A DNA stretch of 64,000 nt, from assembly GCA_029268595.1 (NCBI GenBank), contig JAJUGB010000001.1, forward strand, positions 7,695 through 71,694. Reading direction: 5' to 3'. The translations under genes and the position numbers were made by a program. This document shows positions 1 through 9,580 of this stretch, in pieces. Each line of letters begins with the position of its first letter. Positions within the stretch are counted from its first letter, which is position 1. The notes under the pieces were generated by a model, which did not search any database, was not told the DNA's origin, and saw nothing but the letters and a program-made list of their open reading frames with translations. This DNA comes from Alcaligenaceae bacterium (GTDB lineage: Bacteria > Pseudomonadota > Gammaproteobacteria > Burkholderiales > Burkholderiaceae_B).

Positions 1-633
1 GCGTGGGCTTTGTTCTGGTCCCTGCCCGCGTCGTCCCTTTGGGCCGGCGGCCGCCTCGAGCAATACTACGGCTATAGCCCGCCCGAGGCGCTGCCTCCGG
101 CAGAAGCCATTGTTGTATTGGGCGGCAACACAGCCGGTGGAAGAGAAAACTGGTTCCTACCCTACGACCCTCAAACTGCCGAAACACGCACTGAGGCAGC
201 CGCCAAGCTGTTTCACGCCCGCCGTGCGCCGCTTATCGTCGTCTCCGGCGCCGCCTTGGACGGCAGTGTGAGCGAAGCACAAACGATGGCCAGGGCCCTG
301 GTACGCGCCGGCGTGCCAGAATCCGCCATCATTCTCGAAACCAATAGCCATAACACGCGCGAGAACGCCGTTTTCTCTTCCGAGCTATTAAAGGAGAAAG
401 GCGTGAGCCGCGTGTTACTGGTGACATCTGCCCTGCACATGCCTCGGGCAATGGCAGTGTTCACGAAGCAAGGGGTTCATCCCATCGCTGCCCCGGCGCC
501 TCCACAAATTGTCGTGCCTCAGAACCCCGACTTCTCGTTCTGGCTGCCCGACCTGCGCAGCTTCGAAGCATCGCGATCCATAATCAAAGAGTACGTGGGC
601 ATGTTGGTGTACTGGATTCGAGGGTGGATCTGA
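1..633 (+). CDS. DUF218/YdcF-family (ElyC/SanA-like) protein, 5' end cut by window edge
   Basis: Frame 1 is open from base 1 (track ORF starts at TTG 10). IVVLGGN...VVSG...[11 protein letters not shown] pattern is typical of DUF218. Stop TGA 631-633. Confidence 0.7.
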   Translation, partial: AWALFWSLPASSLWAGGRLEQYYGYSPPEALPPAEAIVVLGGNTAGGRENWFLPYDPQTAETRTEAAAKLFHARRAPLIVVSGAALDGSVSEAQTMARALVRAGVPESAIILETNSHNTRENAVFSSELLKEKGVSRVLLVTSALHMPRAMAVFTKQGVHPIAAPAPPQIVVPQNPDFSFWLPDLRSFEASRSIIKEYVGMLVYWIRGWI

Positions 634-902
634 TGGATTGCCGTCCCGGATGCGCGGCCTGCTGTATAGCGCCTTCTATATCCAGCCCCATCCCTGGCAT
701 GGCATCCGGCAAGCCGGCCGGCGTCCCTTGTGTTCAGCTCACCAGCGATTACCGCTGTCGGCTTTTTGGCGCACCAGAACGGCCCGAGTGTTGCTCCGGC
801 TTGCAAGCGTCATTCGAGATGTGCGGCAACAGCCGAACTGAAGCATTGCTATGGCTGACGGCTCTCGAGACAGCGACGGCGCCCGACCCGAGCGGAGCAT
901 AG
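633..902 (+). CDS. YkgJ-family cysteine-cluster protein (CxxCxxCC zinc/iron-chelating domain)
   Basis: [12 protein letters not shown]-terminal cluster plus a second Cys cluster (CRLFG...PECCSG...MCG). ATG 633 overlaps the upstream stop (TGATG). GTG 624 is an alternative start. Confidence 0.6.
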   Translation: MDCRPGCAACCIAPSISSPIPGMASGKPAGVPCVQLTSDYRCRLFGAPERPECCSGLQASFEMCGNSRTEALLWLTALETATAPDPSGA

Positions 903-1007
903 CTGATAGGGACTCTCCCGGCAATCTTACATTTGGCGACTGCCGGCGCACGTGTGCACACCGGTGCTCTCTACACTGAGTAGCACCATGTTTTATTGCT
1001 GGCCGAT

Positions 1008-1997
1008 ATGAACGATGTTGTACAGCTGCGCCAGGAAGGGCTGTACTGCCCTGCGGGCGATTTTTACATTGACCCATGGCTTCCTGTTCCTCGCGCGGTG
1101 ATCACCCACGGACACGGCGACCACGCTCGAGTAGGAATGGGGTGCTACCACACCTCCCGCGAAGGATTGCCCATTCTGCAATGGCGATTGCAGGACCAAC
1201 TGTACGAAGTGCACGAGTACGGTGAGCCCTTTACGCTCGGTTCAGCAAAGGTGTCGCTACATCCTGCCGGTCACGTCCTTGGCTCCGCTCAGGTACGTAT
1301 TGAAGTGGCGGGCGAAGTCTGGGTGGTGTCGGGCGACTACAAGCGCCAGGCCGACCCCACCTGTACTCCCTTCGAGGTGGTCGTCTGCGACACCTTTATT
1401 ACGGAATCGACCTTTGGCCTACCCATCTATCGATGGCCCGAGACAAGCCGCGTGGCGCAAGAGATTGAGGCGTGGCGGCAAGAATGCGCAAGCCGAGGAC
1501 AAGCGGCGATTTTGTACTGTTACGCCCTGGGCAAAGCACAACGAGTGTTAGCGGAGCTCGAGCCTTATGTAGTCCAGCCCGTGTTTCTACATGGGGGCAT
1601 TGAAAGCGGCGTCGACATTTACCGTCGAGCGGGCGTGTCTATGGCGCCGACGCGACTAGTCAGCCAAGCCGACCCAAAGCACGATTTCGCCGGCGAACTG
1701 ATTATCGCTCCACCCTCTGCGGCAGGCAGCACATGGCTGCGCCGCTTTGGCGATGCTCAACACGGCTTCGCCTCCGGCTGGATGAGGGTGCGCGGGAACC
1801 GCCGGCGGCGCAATATGGACCGTGGCTTCGTCGTTTCTGACCACGCCGACTGGCCCGGCTTGCTACAAACAATAAACGAGACACGGGCGCAACGAGTGCT
1901 TGTCACTCACGGCGATACGCGCGCCTTGGTACGCGCGCTGCAGGAACAGGGCCTCGTGGCAAGCGATCTTGCCACTCAATTCGGTGAGGACGACTGA
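1008..1997 (+). CDS. ligase-associated DNA damage response exonuclease (metallo-beta-lactamase/beta-CASP fold)
   Basis: HGHGDH metallo-beta-lactamase motif, C-terminal VTHGD. Stop overlaps the ligase ATG (TGATG at 1995-1999). ATG 1008 preferred over TTG 996. Confidence 0.8.
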   Translation: MNDVVQLRQEGLYCPAGDFYIDPWLPVPRAVITHGHGDHARVGMGCYHTSREGLPILQWRLQDQLYEVHEYGEPFTLGSAKVSLHPAGHVLGSAQVRIEVAGEVWVVSGDYKRQADPTCTPFEVVVCDTFITESTFGLPIYRWPETSRVAQEIEAWRQECASRGQAAILYCYALGKAQRVLAELEPYVVQPVFLHGGIESGVDIYRRAGVSMAPTRLVSQADPKHDFAGELIIAPPSAAGSTWLRRFGDAQHGFASGWMRVRGNRRRRNMDRGFVVSDHADWPGLLQTINETRAQRVLVTHGDTRALVRALQEQGLVASDLATQFGEDD

Positions 1998-3607
1998 TGG
2001 ATCGGTTCTCTAGTCTGTACCAGAAACTGGACCGGAGCACGAGCACCCGCGACAAGCGGCAGGCTATCGCCGAGTATTTTTCGACCGCCCCCTTACGGGA
2101 CGCCGCTTGGGCCTTGTACCTCCTCTCTGGCGGAAAAATCAACTCGGCTCGCCGCAAGATTGCCTCGACCAGCGAATTGCGGCTATGGGCATCACAGACA
2201 AGCGGTTTACCGGATTGGCTGGTCGAGGAAAGCTACCATCACGTGGGCGACCTGGCCGAAACACTGGCTTTAGTCATGCCGGACGCAGGCCAGGAAGGTG
2301 CGACGGAATACTCTCTGGCAGAGTGGATAGAAGAGCGTCTTCTTAATGCCGCCAATGGTCCCGCTGAAGCGCGCAGACAAGTAGTCACACAGGCATGGAT
2401 GGGACTTTCCATGGAGCAGCGCCTGGTGTTTAATAAGTTGTTGACCGGCTCTCTACGAGTAGGAGTATCGAGACGCTTGGTGCAACAAGCTTTGGCTGAC
2501 ATGTCTGGCCTCGACATTGCCGTGATCGCTCAGAGAATGCTGGGCGACTGGTTGCCATCGCCGGCGTTCTTGCGTGACCTGCTTTCTACGGACGCCCTGC
2601 CCGGTGACGCCCAGCAGCCTTACCCCTTCTTCCTTGCCTCGCCCATAGAAGGAGATCCTGTGGGCCTTGGCCCTATCGAAGACTGGCTTCTGGAATGGAA
2701 GTGGGATGGCATTCGACTGCAACTGATTCGACGATCTGGTCAGCTGGCATTATGGTCTCGCGGCGAAGAGAGGCTGGATGGGCGATTCCCCGAGTTGGAA
2801 GCCGCTGCACAATTCTTACCGTCCGATTGCGTACTGGATGGCGAGCTTCTAGCCTGGCGACCAGGCGAGAAGCAACCCTTACCCTTCACCTCGCTACAAA
2901 CACGCATCCAACGCCGAAAACCGAGTAGCCGCATCATGCAGGAGGTTCCTGCACAACTCCTGCTCTACGACCTTCTTGAGCTGGATGGCGAGGATTTACG
3001 CAAGCACCCACTCACTGACCGACGGGTCAAGCTGGAGGCCCTTCTAAAAGACCTGCCCGTCGATGCACCATTAAAGATCTCCCCCCTGATAGCTGCGCCG
3101 GATTGGGATGCCGCTGCGCGCCTTCGCCTGGACGTTCGTGAACATGGCGTGGAAGGTTTGATGTTGAAGCGCGCCTCTTCTCCCTATCGAGCCGGTCGAC
3201 CGCGAGGCGACTGGTGGAAATGGAAGATAGACCCGTTAAGCATTGACGCGGTGCTAATTTACGCTCAGCCGGGCCATGGGCGACGCAGCACCTTATATAC
3301 TGACTACACCTTCGGTTTATGGGACGCCGGCGAGCTGACACCCGTCGCCAAAGCCTATTCCGGCCTGAAGGATGAGGAAATCCTGGCCTTGGACAAATGG
3401 ATCCGAGCCAATACGACCGAGCGCTTCGGACCAGTCCGAGCGGTGCGACCTCACCATGTCTTCGAGCTGGCTTTTGAAGCGGTCAACTTCTCCAAACGCC
3501 ACAAGTCCGGTGTGGCGGTCCGCTTTCCACGCATCCTCCGATGGCGCCATGATAAGCCGATGTCCGAAGCCGACAGCCTCGACACTCTGAAGGGCTTGGC
3601 GCGCTAG
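1997..3607 (+). CDS. ATP-dependent DNA ligase
   Basis: Adenylation motif I KxDG (EWKWDGIR). About 536 aa with an N-terminal DNA-binding region and a C-terminal OB-like region. Coupled to the exonuclease gene. Confidence 0.85.
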   Translation: MDRFSSLYQKLDRSTSTRDKRQAIAEYFSTAPLRDAAWALYLLSGGKINSARRKIASTSELRLWASQTSGLPDWLVEESYHHVGDLAETLALVMPDAGQEGATEYSLAEWIEERLLNAANGPAEARRQVVTQAWMGLSMEQRLVFNKLLTGSLRVGVSRRLVQQALADMSGLDIAVIAQRMLGDWLPSPAFLRDLLSTDALPGDAQQPYPFFLASPIEGDPVGLGPIEDWLLEWKWDGIRLQLIRRSGQLALWSRGEERLDGRFPELEAAAQFLPSDCVLDGELLAWRPGEKQPLPFTSLQTRIQRRKPSSRIMQEVPAQLLLYDLLELDGEDLRKHPLTDRRVKLEALLKDLPVDAPLKISPLIAAPDWDAAARLRLDVREHGVEGLMLKRASSPYRAGRPRGDWWKWKIDPLSIDAVLIYAQPGHGRRSTLYTDYTFGLWDAGELTPVAKAYSGLKDEEILALDKWIRANTTERFGPVRAVRPHHVFELAFEAVNFSKRHKSGVAVRFPRILRWRHDKPMSEADSLDTLKGLAR

Positions 3608-3647
3608 CAGACTCAATCAACGGGTGATCGGGTTCTGTTGGGCTTTG

Positions 3648-4817
3648 TCAGGAATCGGGCGAAGGCGTCAACACATCGGCAGGAACCGAATACCCACTTG
3701 CCCGTCTTTCGACGATAGTGCGATATACGCGCTCGGTGCGCTCCAGGAAGGAAGGCATCGCAAAAAGCTGTTCCGCCCTACGGCGAGCAGAGGCGCCTTT
3801 TTGAGCTAATACCTCTTTGCCGTCACGGTGAATTTCCCGCAGGCACTGAACGATGGCTGAAACGTCGCCGACCGGCACTATCCAGCCGTCCAAACCGGGC
3901 CGGATACTTTCGGGCAAACCTCCGGCGTCCGATACCAGGCCCGGCAAGCCCATGCCCATCGACTCATATATTGCGTAAGAGGCCGACTCGGCAAAAGACA
4001 GAACAAAGCCCACATCGCAAGCGCCCAAAACGGGACGAATGTCCTTTACAAGACCCGGAAACACCACCTGGTCTTGCACGCCGAATTCTTTCAGTTTGCC
4101 TAATAGCGTTTCTGAAGGGGGGTCGCCTGCGACCAACACACGGAATCGCCGTCGAAGGTCGGGTTCGAGCAGCGATAAGGCTTCCGCTAGAAGTAACCAG
4201 CCCTTGGCATAGTCGGTTCCCCCGACGCTACCCAATACGACGGTGTCCTGCGGCAAAGATCCGAACCACCGGCGTTTATAAGTCAGTGCTTCTTCTTTCG
4301 AGACGGACGTAAACCGCGTCAGGTCAATCCCGTGCCTAACTGTCTTGACAAGACTGCGGGAGTAGGAGGAGTCTTGCAATTGCCCAGCTACATAGTCCGA
4401 TACCGCGATAGCTAGGTCGGTGCCAAACCGGGCCCGCAACTTATTTCCGACACTATCCAAGCCGTTGGTGTTGTGCTTGGTCCAGACGATAGCAGGACGT
4501 TCTGTCCAACCCAGGCAGGCGAGCATGACATGTCGATGGTCAGCGCTGCCGTTAGCATGGACGATGTCAAAGCGCTCACGTTTCAGAAAGGCGCGTAGCT
4601 GCTTTACTTCTTTAATCAATGTGAACGGACGAGAGGTATAGAGCCCCGGCAAAACCCGCACCCCCTCTACTTCGCTTGCTAGTTTGAACAATCGCCCCGT
4701 GGCGGGCGCAGCAAGCGTCAGATCGCACTTATCGCGCAGACCGTGCAATATGTTCAGCAGATACGTCGCGTGTCCACCACCATTGCCATGATGGATGTCC
4801 GTCAGGAGAATCTTCAT
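3648..4817 (-). CDS. glycosyltransferase family 4 (GT-B fold)
   Basis: MKILLTDIHHGNGGGHATY N-terminus. C-terminal EX7E-like region ESASYAIYESMGMGLPGLVSD. GAGG 5 nt upstream of the ATG. Confidence 0.75.
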   Translation of the reverse strand: MKILLTDIHHGNGGGHATYLLNILHGLRDKCDLTLAAPATGRLFKLASEVEGVRVLPGLYTSRPFTLIKEVKQLRAFLKRERFDIVHANGSADHRHVMLACLGWTERPAIVWTKHNTNGLDSVGNKLRARFGTDLAIAVSDYVAGQLQDSSYSRSLVKTVRHGIDLTRFTSVSKEEALTYKRRWFGSLPQDTVVLGSVGGTDYAKGWLLLAEALSLLEPDLRRRFRVLVAGDPPSETLLGKLKEFGVQDQVVFPGLVKDIRPVLGACDVGFVLSFAESASYAIYESMGMGLPGLVSDAGGLPESIRPGLDGWIVPVGDVSAIVQCLREIHRDGKEVLAQKGASARRRAEQLFAMPSFLERTERVYRTIVERRASGYSVPADVLTPSPDS

Positions 4818-4967
4818 GCGAGCCTCAGCAGTAGTCCTCCATTCAGACTACAGACTGTTTCAATTTAATATGCTAAGGCTTCCGATTGTAAGCAGGAACG
4901 ACCACGGTCGACGAACACCGGTAATAAAAGGGCGCGCACGGGCCGGTATTGAGGGCTGAACGCAACA

Positions 4968-6149
4968 CTATTCGACGGTGGCGGTAGCGGTGGCAACGCC
5001 CGCACCGCGCTTCGCTTCAAGAACTTGGGAATACAGCTGCATATATCGGCGTGCTACTTGTTCCCAGCTATGGCGTTTCACCACGGTTGCGGCACCTCGG
5101 GCAAGCCGTGCGACCAGATCCGGGTCCTGGGACAACTTCTCGATGTAGTGGGCCAACTGCTGCGCGTCTTCCGGATGGTCCAGCACCAAGGCTTCGGAGT
5201 GGTTCTCGACATACTGCGCGAAGCCGCACCACGGACTGGGGCTTACGATAACCGGCAGGCCGAACGCCATTGCTTCCAGGGGAGCCATACCAAAACTGTC
5301 GTTCAATGTCGGATGCACGTAAATATCGGCGGCGCCGTAGTACCGGCCCACGTCCGGTGTCTCACCCATTATGCGCACCCGGCCGCCCAAGGCCCCATCC
5401 TGGAATCTGACTGTGAACTCTCGGGCCGCAGCGTTGCCTCCCACCACCAGCAATTTGACATGCGGCGGCAGTAACGCCAGGGCTCGCAACACTGTCGGCA
5501 ACCCCTTGCGCAAGGGATTGCGAGCAACGAGCAGACAAACCGTATCGGAATCGGTCCATCCAAAGGCTGTTCTCACTTCGCCCCGCAACAGCGGATCGAC
5601 ATCGCCTACAGGCGATACGCCGGGAGGTATGACCGGCGGCTTGAGCTGATCGCCATATGCCTGTTGCAGTTGATGCGCAATAAGACCGGACACGGCGACG
5701 ATGCGATGACCGGGGCGCTGAGCTACACGGCGCGACTCTAGTCCAAGATACGTCTGGACGCGCGGACTGATTCGGGACAGCCATTTTTTATACCAGGGCA
5801 AGGGCCGCACTCGCCAGTTGTATCGAACAGGAGTCACATGCGCGACCTCCACATCGCCGCACCACCCGTTCATATGAGAGTGCACAATATCGAAGCCCTC
5901 ACGCGTGTGACGCCGCGCACGCACAGCAAACAGCAATACGCGAATCCAGCTAGGTAGGTTACGCCATGAACGCAAGGGCACAAATGGCACTTGTAGCGGG
6001 CACGCGGCATCGTATTCGCGAGCAAAAACGGTGATGTCGTGCGTTTTGGACAACTCTCGCATCAGCTCGACGCCGTAAGCTTCGGCCCCACCGTACTTGT
6101 TGCCGAAACGGTCCACCACGAAGGCGATCTTTAGTGGATGATCAGTCAC
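4968..6149 (-). CDS. glycosyltransferase family 4
   Basis: KIAFVVDRFGNKYGGAE N-terminus. NDSFGMAPLEAMAFGLPVIVS EX7E-type motif. GTG start overlaps the upstream stop (GTGACTGA, 6142-6149). Confidence 0.75.
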   Translation of the reverse strand: MTDHPLKIAFVVDRFGNKYGGAEAYGVELMRELSKTHDITVFAREYDAACPLQVPFVPLRSWRNLPSWIRVLLFAVRARRHTREGFDIVHSHMNGWCGDVEVAHVTPVRYNWRVRPLPWYKKWLSRISPRVQTYLGLESRRVAQRPGHRIVAVSGLIAHQLQQAYGDQLKPPVIPPGVSPVGDVDPLLRGEVRTAFGWTDSDTVCLLVARNPLRKGLPTVLRALALLPPHVKLLVVGGNAAAREFTVRFQDGALGGRVRIMGETPDVGRYYGAADIYVHPTLNDSFGMAPLEAMAFGLPVIVSPSPWCGFAQYVENHSEALVLDHPEDAQQLAHYIEKLSQDPDLVARLARGAATVVKRHSWEQVARRYMQLYSQVLEAKRGAGVATATATVE

Positions 6150-6885
6150 GCCGCCTTTTTTCCTCTAGTGTGGTCAGGCACTTCTGCAGGAAACGTACTA
6201 TATGGGTGCTACGCGCCACGGTAACCCGTGGCAGTTCAAAGAGATCGTCCGAAGGTTTGGCCAAGCCGCCACGGGTTGTCGTTGCACTCAGATAGCCCGC
6301 ACGACGTACCAAGTCGCGAACGGTGGCGTTCTCGTCACCATAGGGATAACAAAACGCGTTCACCTCGACGTCCAATGCCTGCTCGAGTTGGGCCTTGGAC
6401 TCGGCGATCTGGCGGTGCGCTTCACCAAGCTCGACTTGGGTGAGGCGCACGTGGTCAAGCGTGTGCGACCCGGCCTCTTGACCCGCTTGCACCCAGCCTC
6501 GCATTTGTTCCAAGGTCATTAATGGCGACTCGGGCACGCCCTTCACACGATCCCAGGTGTTGGTACCGCCCTCCTGGTGCACCACGAAATAATTCGTGCT
6601 GGTAAAGCCCAAATCGGTGAGCACAGGCAAGGCGTGCTCGTACACATTGCGAAAGCCGTCGTCAAAGGTAATGCCGAAAACTTTGCCTTGCTTCTGACCT
6701 GCCAGGTAGGGCACAAGGTCCCGCATGCTCAGCCCTTGATAACCGAGCCGGCGCATCCATGTCATTTGACGACGAAAGCTCTTTGGGTGCACTGTCAGGC
6801 CGCGATAGGGAGTACCGCGCGGCGCAGGCAGGCCCACCTGATGGTACATAAGGATGGGGATCATGCGGCTGATTATATTGAGCAA
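6142..6885 (-). CDS. polysaccharide deacetylase family protein (NodB-type)
   Basis: PILMYHQV, TFDDGF and HTLDH motifs. Start is either TTG 6885, abutting the GT2 stop, or ATG 6864. Confidence 0.75.
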   Translation of the reverse strand: MLNIISRMIPILMYHQVGLPAPRGTPYRGLTVHPKSFRRQMTWMRRLGYQGLSMRDLVPYLAGQKQGKVFGITFDDGFRNVYEHALPVLTDLGFTSTNYFVVHQEGGTNTWDRVKGVPESPLMTLEQMRGWVQAGQEAGSHTLDHVRLTQVELGEAHRQIAESKAQLEQALDVEVNAFCYPYGDENATVRDLVRRAGYLSATTTRGGLAKPSDDLFELPRVTVARSTHIVRFLQKCLTTLEEKRRRD

Positions 6886-7641
6886 TTACTGGCGACGGTT
6901 AAGCAGCCACAGCTTGCTATAGCGAAAAAAACTGCCATGAGCGGCGGCGACTGCCAGAATAAAGCCCTCTTTTCCGTCCAGAAAACCTCGCCGAATCAGG
7001 TAGATCCGAAAGAAGGTCCATAGAGAGTGGCCCACGGCGCCCGATAAGGTCGCTCGCCGGCCTTTGGCATGCAACATGGCCGCCGCATCGGAGGAATAGC
7101 GATTGCTTTTATGCAATAGGCTTTCAAGGTTGGGATAGGCGTAATGCAAGAAGTGGCCGGGCAAAGTGGCCACCTCGCCGGACGCTTGCACGCGCTCGTG
7201 AACGACCACGTCGGTAAAGCGTGCTGTGCCGCGGCGAAAGAGGCGCAGTACGTAGTCGGGCCACCAGCCGCTATGCCGAATCCAACGACCGCAAAAGCTG
7301 GAAAGCCGTGCAATACGATAGGCATCGGCCTTGGGATGCAATAGTTCCGCCTGGATGGCCTCTGCCAGTTCGGGCGTCACCCGTTCATCGGCGTCGAGGG
7401 ATAGCACCCATTCGCAGCTGGCCAGATCTACCGCCCTGTTTTTTTGTGGCCCAAAGCCCGGCCAATCGTCGGTGACGACCACCTTGGCGCCCCTGGCTCT
7501 TGCAATATCGGGCGTACCATCGTCGCTGCCCGAGTCGACCACAATGACTTCATCGGCAAACGCCACGGAGTCAATGCATTCTGAAATATGCCGCGCCTCG
7601 TTATGAGTAATGATTATGACTGATAAAGAGGGCATCATCAT
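6886..7641 (-). CDS. glycosyltransferase family 2
   Basis: LSVIIITHNE, VVDSGSDDGT and LDADE (DxD) motifs. ATG 7641 overlaps the upstream stop (ATGA). The longer track start at 7665 is unlikely. Confidence 0.8.
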   Translation of the reverse strand: MMMPSLSVIIITHNEARHISECIDSVAFADEVIVVDSGSDDGTPDIARARGAKVVVTDDWPGFGPQKNRAVDLASCEWVLSLDADERVTPELAEAIQAELLHPKADAYRIARLSSFCGRWIRHSGWWPDYVLRLFRRGTARFTDVVVHERVQASGEVATLPGHFLHYAYPNLESLLHKSNRYSSDAAAMLHAKGRRATLSGAVGHSLWTFFRIYLIRRGFLDGKEGFILAVAAAHGSFFRYSKLWLLNRRQ

Positions 7642-8477
7642 GAACGCCGAAAGGACCGCTTCCATAACTTGAAGCGGTTGAACATAGGCCCGATTATCGG
7701 ATGCGCAGCCACCTGTATGCGGCGTCCTACAGAGGCACCAGAGGTGTTTCGAACCGCAAATCGATAGATGTGCGCCGGATCAGTCCCGGCGCGATTTTGG
7801 CCAAAGGCATGCGTGGTGTACAAATACTTAAAACCCGCCTCTTGCGCCAGACGAATGTACTCCTCGTCAAAATAGCCCTGCGGCCAGCAAAAGTGCTCGG
7901 ACACGCTTCCCATGTTCTGCAACAGACACGCCCTCGACTGAGCCAGCTCTTGGGCCATCAAAGTGTTCTTTTGCGACGCTTGGGCGCTTTTGTCCCAACG
8001 CGTGTGGGTATGGGTATGCGAGTGAAACTCAAACACGCCACTCTCGACCATGGCGTGAATCTCGCTCCAGCGCAAGATGACGCTGTCGCTTTCACCTTGC
8101 TCGATTCGACGTTCACACTCGTGATGGTCGGGCGTCTCCGGCACCCCTGCCTGTCCCCACACAGGGCGAACGGGACCATCCTTGACCCAGGATGTCACCA
8201 GAAACACGACTGCCTTGTAACCGTACTTCTTGAGTAGCGGAAAGGCATACACCCAGTTATCGAGATAACCGTCATCGAAGGTGATGAGGACAGACTTATC
8301 CGGCACGGGCTGCCCCGCCAAATGCCCGGCAAACTCATCTGTAGTCAGGGCCCGATACCCGTGGCGCCGCAACCAGTCCAGGTGATTCTCAAAGTTCTCC
8401 GGCGAGGCCGTAATGGCCCCCTCGCTGGGAGAAACGTGGTGGTACATGAGTACCGGTACAGTTTGGGCAGCTTTCAT
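7638..8477 (-). CDS. polysaccharide deacetylase family protein (NodB-type)
   Basis: PVLMYHHVS, TFDDGY and HSHTHTH motifs. ATG 8477 overlaps the upstream GT4 stop (ATGA). Confidence 0.75.
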   Translation of the reverse strand: MKAAQTVPVLMYHHVSPSEGAITASPENFENHLDWLRRHGYRALTTDEFAGHLAGQPVPDKSVLITFDDGYLDNWVYAFPLLKKYGYKAVVFLVTSWVKDGPVRPVWGQAGVPETPDHHECERRIEQGESDSVILRWSEIHAMVESGVFEFHSHTHTHTRWDKSAQASQKNTLMAQELAQSRACLLQNMGSVSEHFCWPQGYFDEEYIRLAQEAGFKYLYTTHAFGQNRAGTDPAHIYRFAVRNTSGASVGRRIQVAAHPIIGPMFNRFKLWKRSFRRS

Positions 8478-9580
8478 GCTTCGCGTTCTTTTAACCACCG
8501 AAAATACGATGCTTCAATGCTTCGCGCCATGGCTTCAGAGCTGAAGGCCCCTTCACGTATACGCCGCTGCCCCTCCCTGCCCATCTGGGTTCGCAGTTCT
8601 GGGTCTTCGATGAGGCGTTTCAACGCAGCCGTCAGGGCCTCCCGGTCGTGTAGCGGCACCAGCAATCCCGTCACGCCGTCCTGAATCATTTCGGGCACGC
8701 CCCCGACCCGCGTTCCGACGCTAGCTAGCCCGGCGTAAGCCGCCTCAAGAAACACTGTCCCTGACGCTTCTTGCTCTGTGGCCAAGGCGAACAGGTCAAA
8801 TCCGGCCAGCATATTGGGGACGTCATTTCGAGACCCCATTAGATGAACCTGGCTGGTAAGCCCCTTGGCGGCAATATGCGCTTGCACCTGTTCAAACACG
8901 GGCGATCCACCGCCCACGAACACCAGATGCAGATTCGGTCGTGATGTAAGTAGCGGCTCCATTGCGTCTATGAGGGCTCGCTGGCCCTTCTGCGCCCGCA
9001 TCACCGCAACGCAACCCACAACAATTGCGTCGTCATCAAGACCTAGCTCAGCTCGTAGAGTAGATGGTTGATTCCACGGCTTCAAGTCCACGGCCGGATA
9101 CACAGTGGCCACGTAGTCGGGCTTGACCCCGCGCTCGATGAGATGGCGACGAACGAAGTCGCTCGGCGTCGTCACCCTGTGCGGAATAATCGTATAGGAC
9201 AGCAACGAACCCACACGCTTCGCCAGATGCCGCGTTCGTACAATAAGCGGCGTACCGGCCAAGCGGGCGGCGCAACCCACCAACACGGTATCGCGCCGGC
9301 TATGGGTGTTCAATACGTCGAAGCGTCCTCGTCGTAGAGTCCCGCGCAACGTCGTCACGCCTCGAATGAAATTGGCAGGTCCGTCCATGTACAGCGTGTG
9401 CACCCTGAAACCTTCGGCTTTGAGGCGCTGGCCCAGTACTGCGTGAGGCTGACAGATGGCCTCCAGATGATGGCCGCGCTCGCGCATGGCCAGCATCATA
9501 CGAAATATGAACTGTTCTTGGCCGCCAAAACTCGTGGCCGCCTCGGAGTGCACGATGCGCAAAGGTCGAAAATCGCTCAT
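8474..9580 (-). CDS. glycosyltransferase family 4
   Basis: RIVHSEAATSFGGQEQ N-terminus. EQEASGTVFLEAAYAGLASVGTRVGGVPE EX7E motif. ATG 9578-9580 overlaps the dnaE TGA 9577-9579. The track N-terminal extension lies inside dnaE and is rejected. Confidence 0.75.
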   Translation of the reverse strand: MSDFRPLRIVHSEAATSFGGQEQFIFRMMLAMRERGHHLEAICQPHAVLGQRLKAEGFRVHTLYMDGPANFIRGVTTLRGTLRRGRFDVLNTHSRRDTVLVGCAARLAGTPLIVRTRHLAKRVGSLLSYTIIPHRVTTPSDFVRRHLIERGVKPDYVATVYPAVDLKPWNQPSTLRAELGLDDDAIVVGCVAVMRAQKGQRALIDAMEPLLTSRPNLHLVFVGGGSPVFEQVQAHIAAKGLTSQVHLMGSRNDVPNMLAGFDLFALATEQEASGTVFLEAAYAGLASVGTRVGGVPEMIQDGVTGLLVPLHDREALTAALKRLIEDPELRTQMGREGQRRIREGAFSSEAMARSIEASYFRWLKEREA

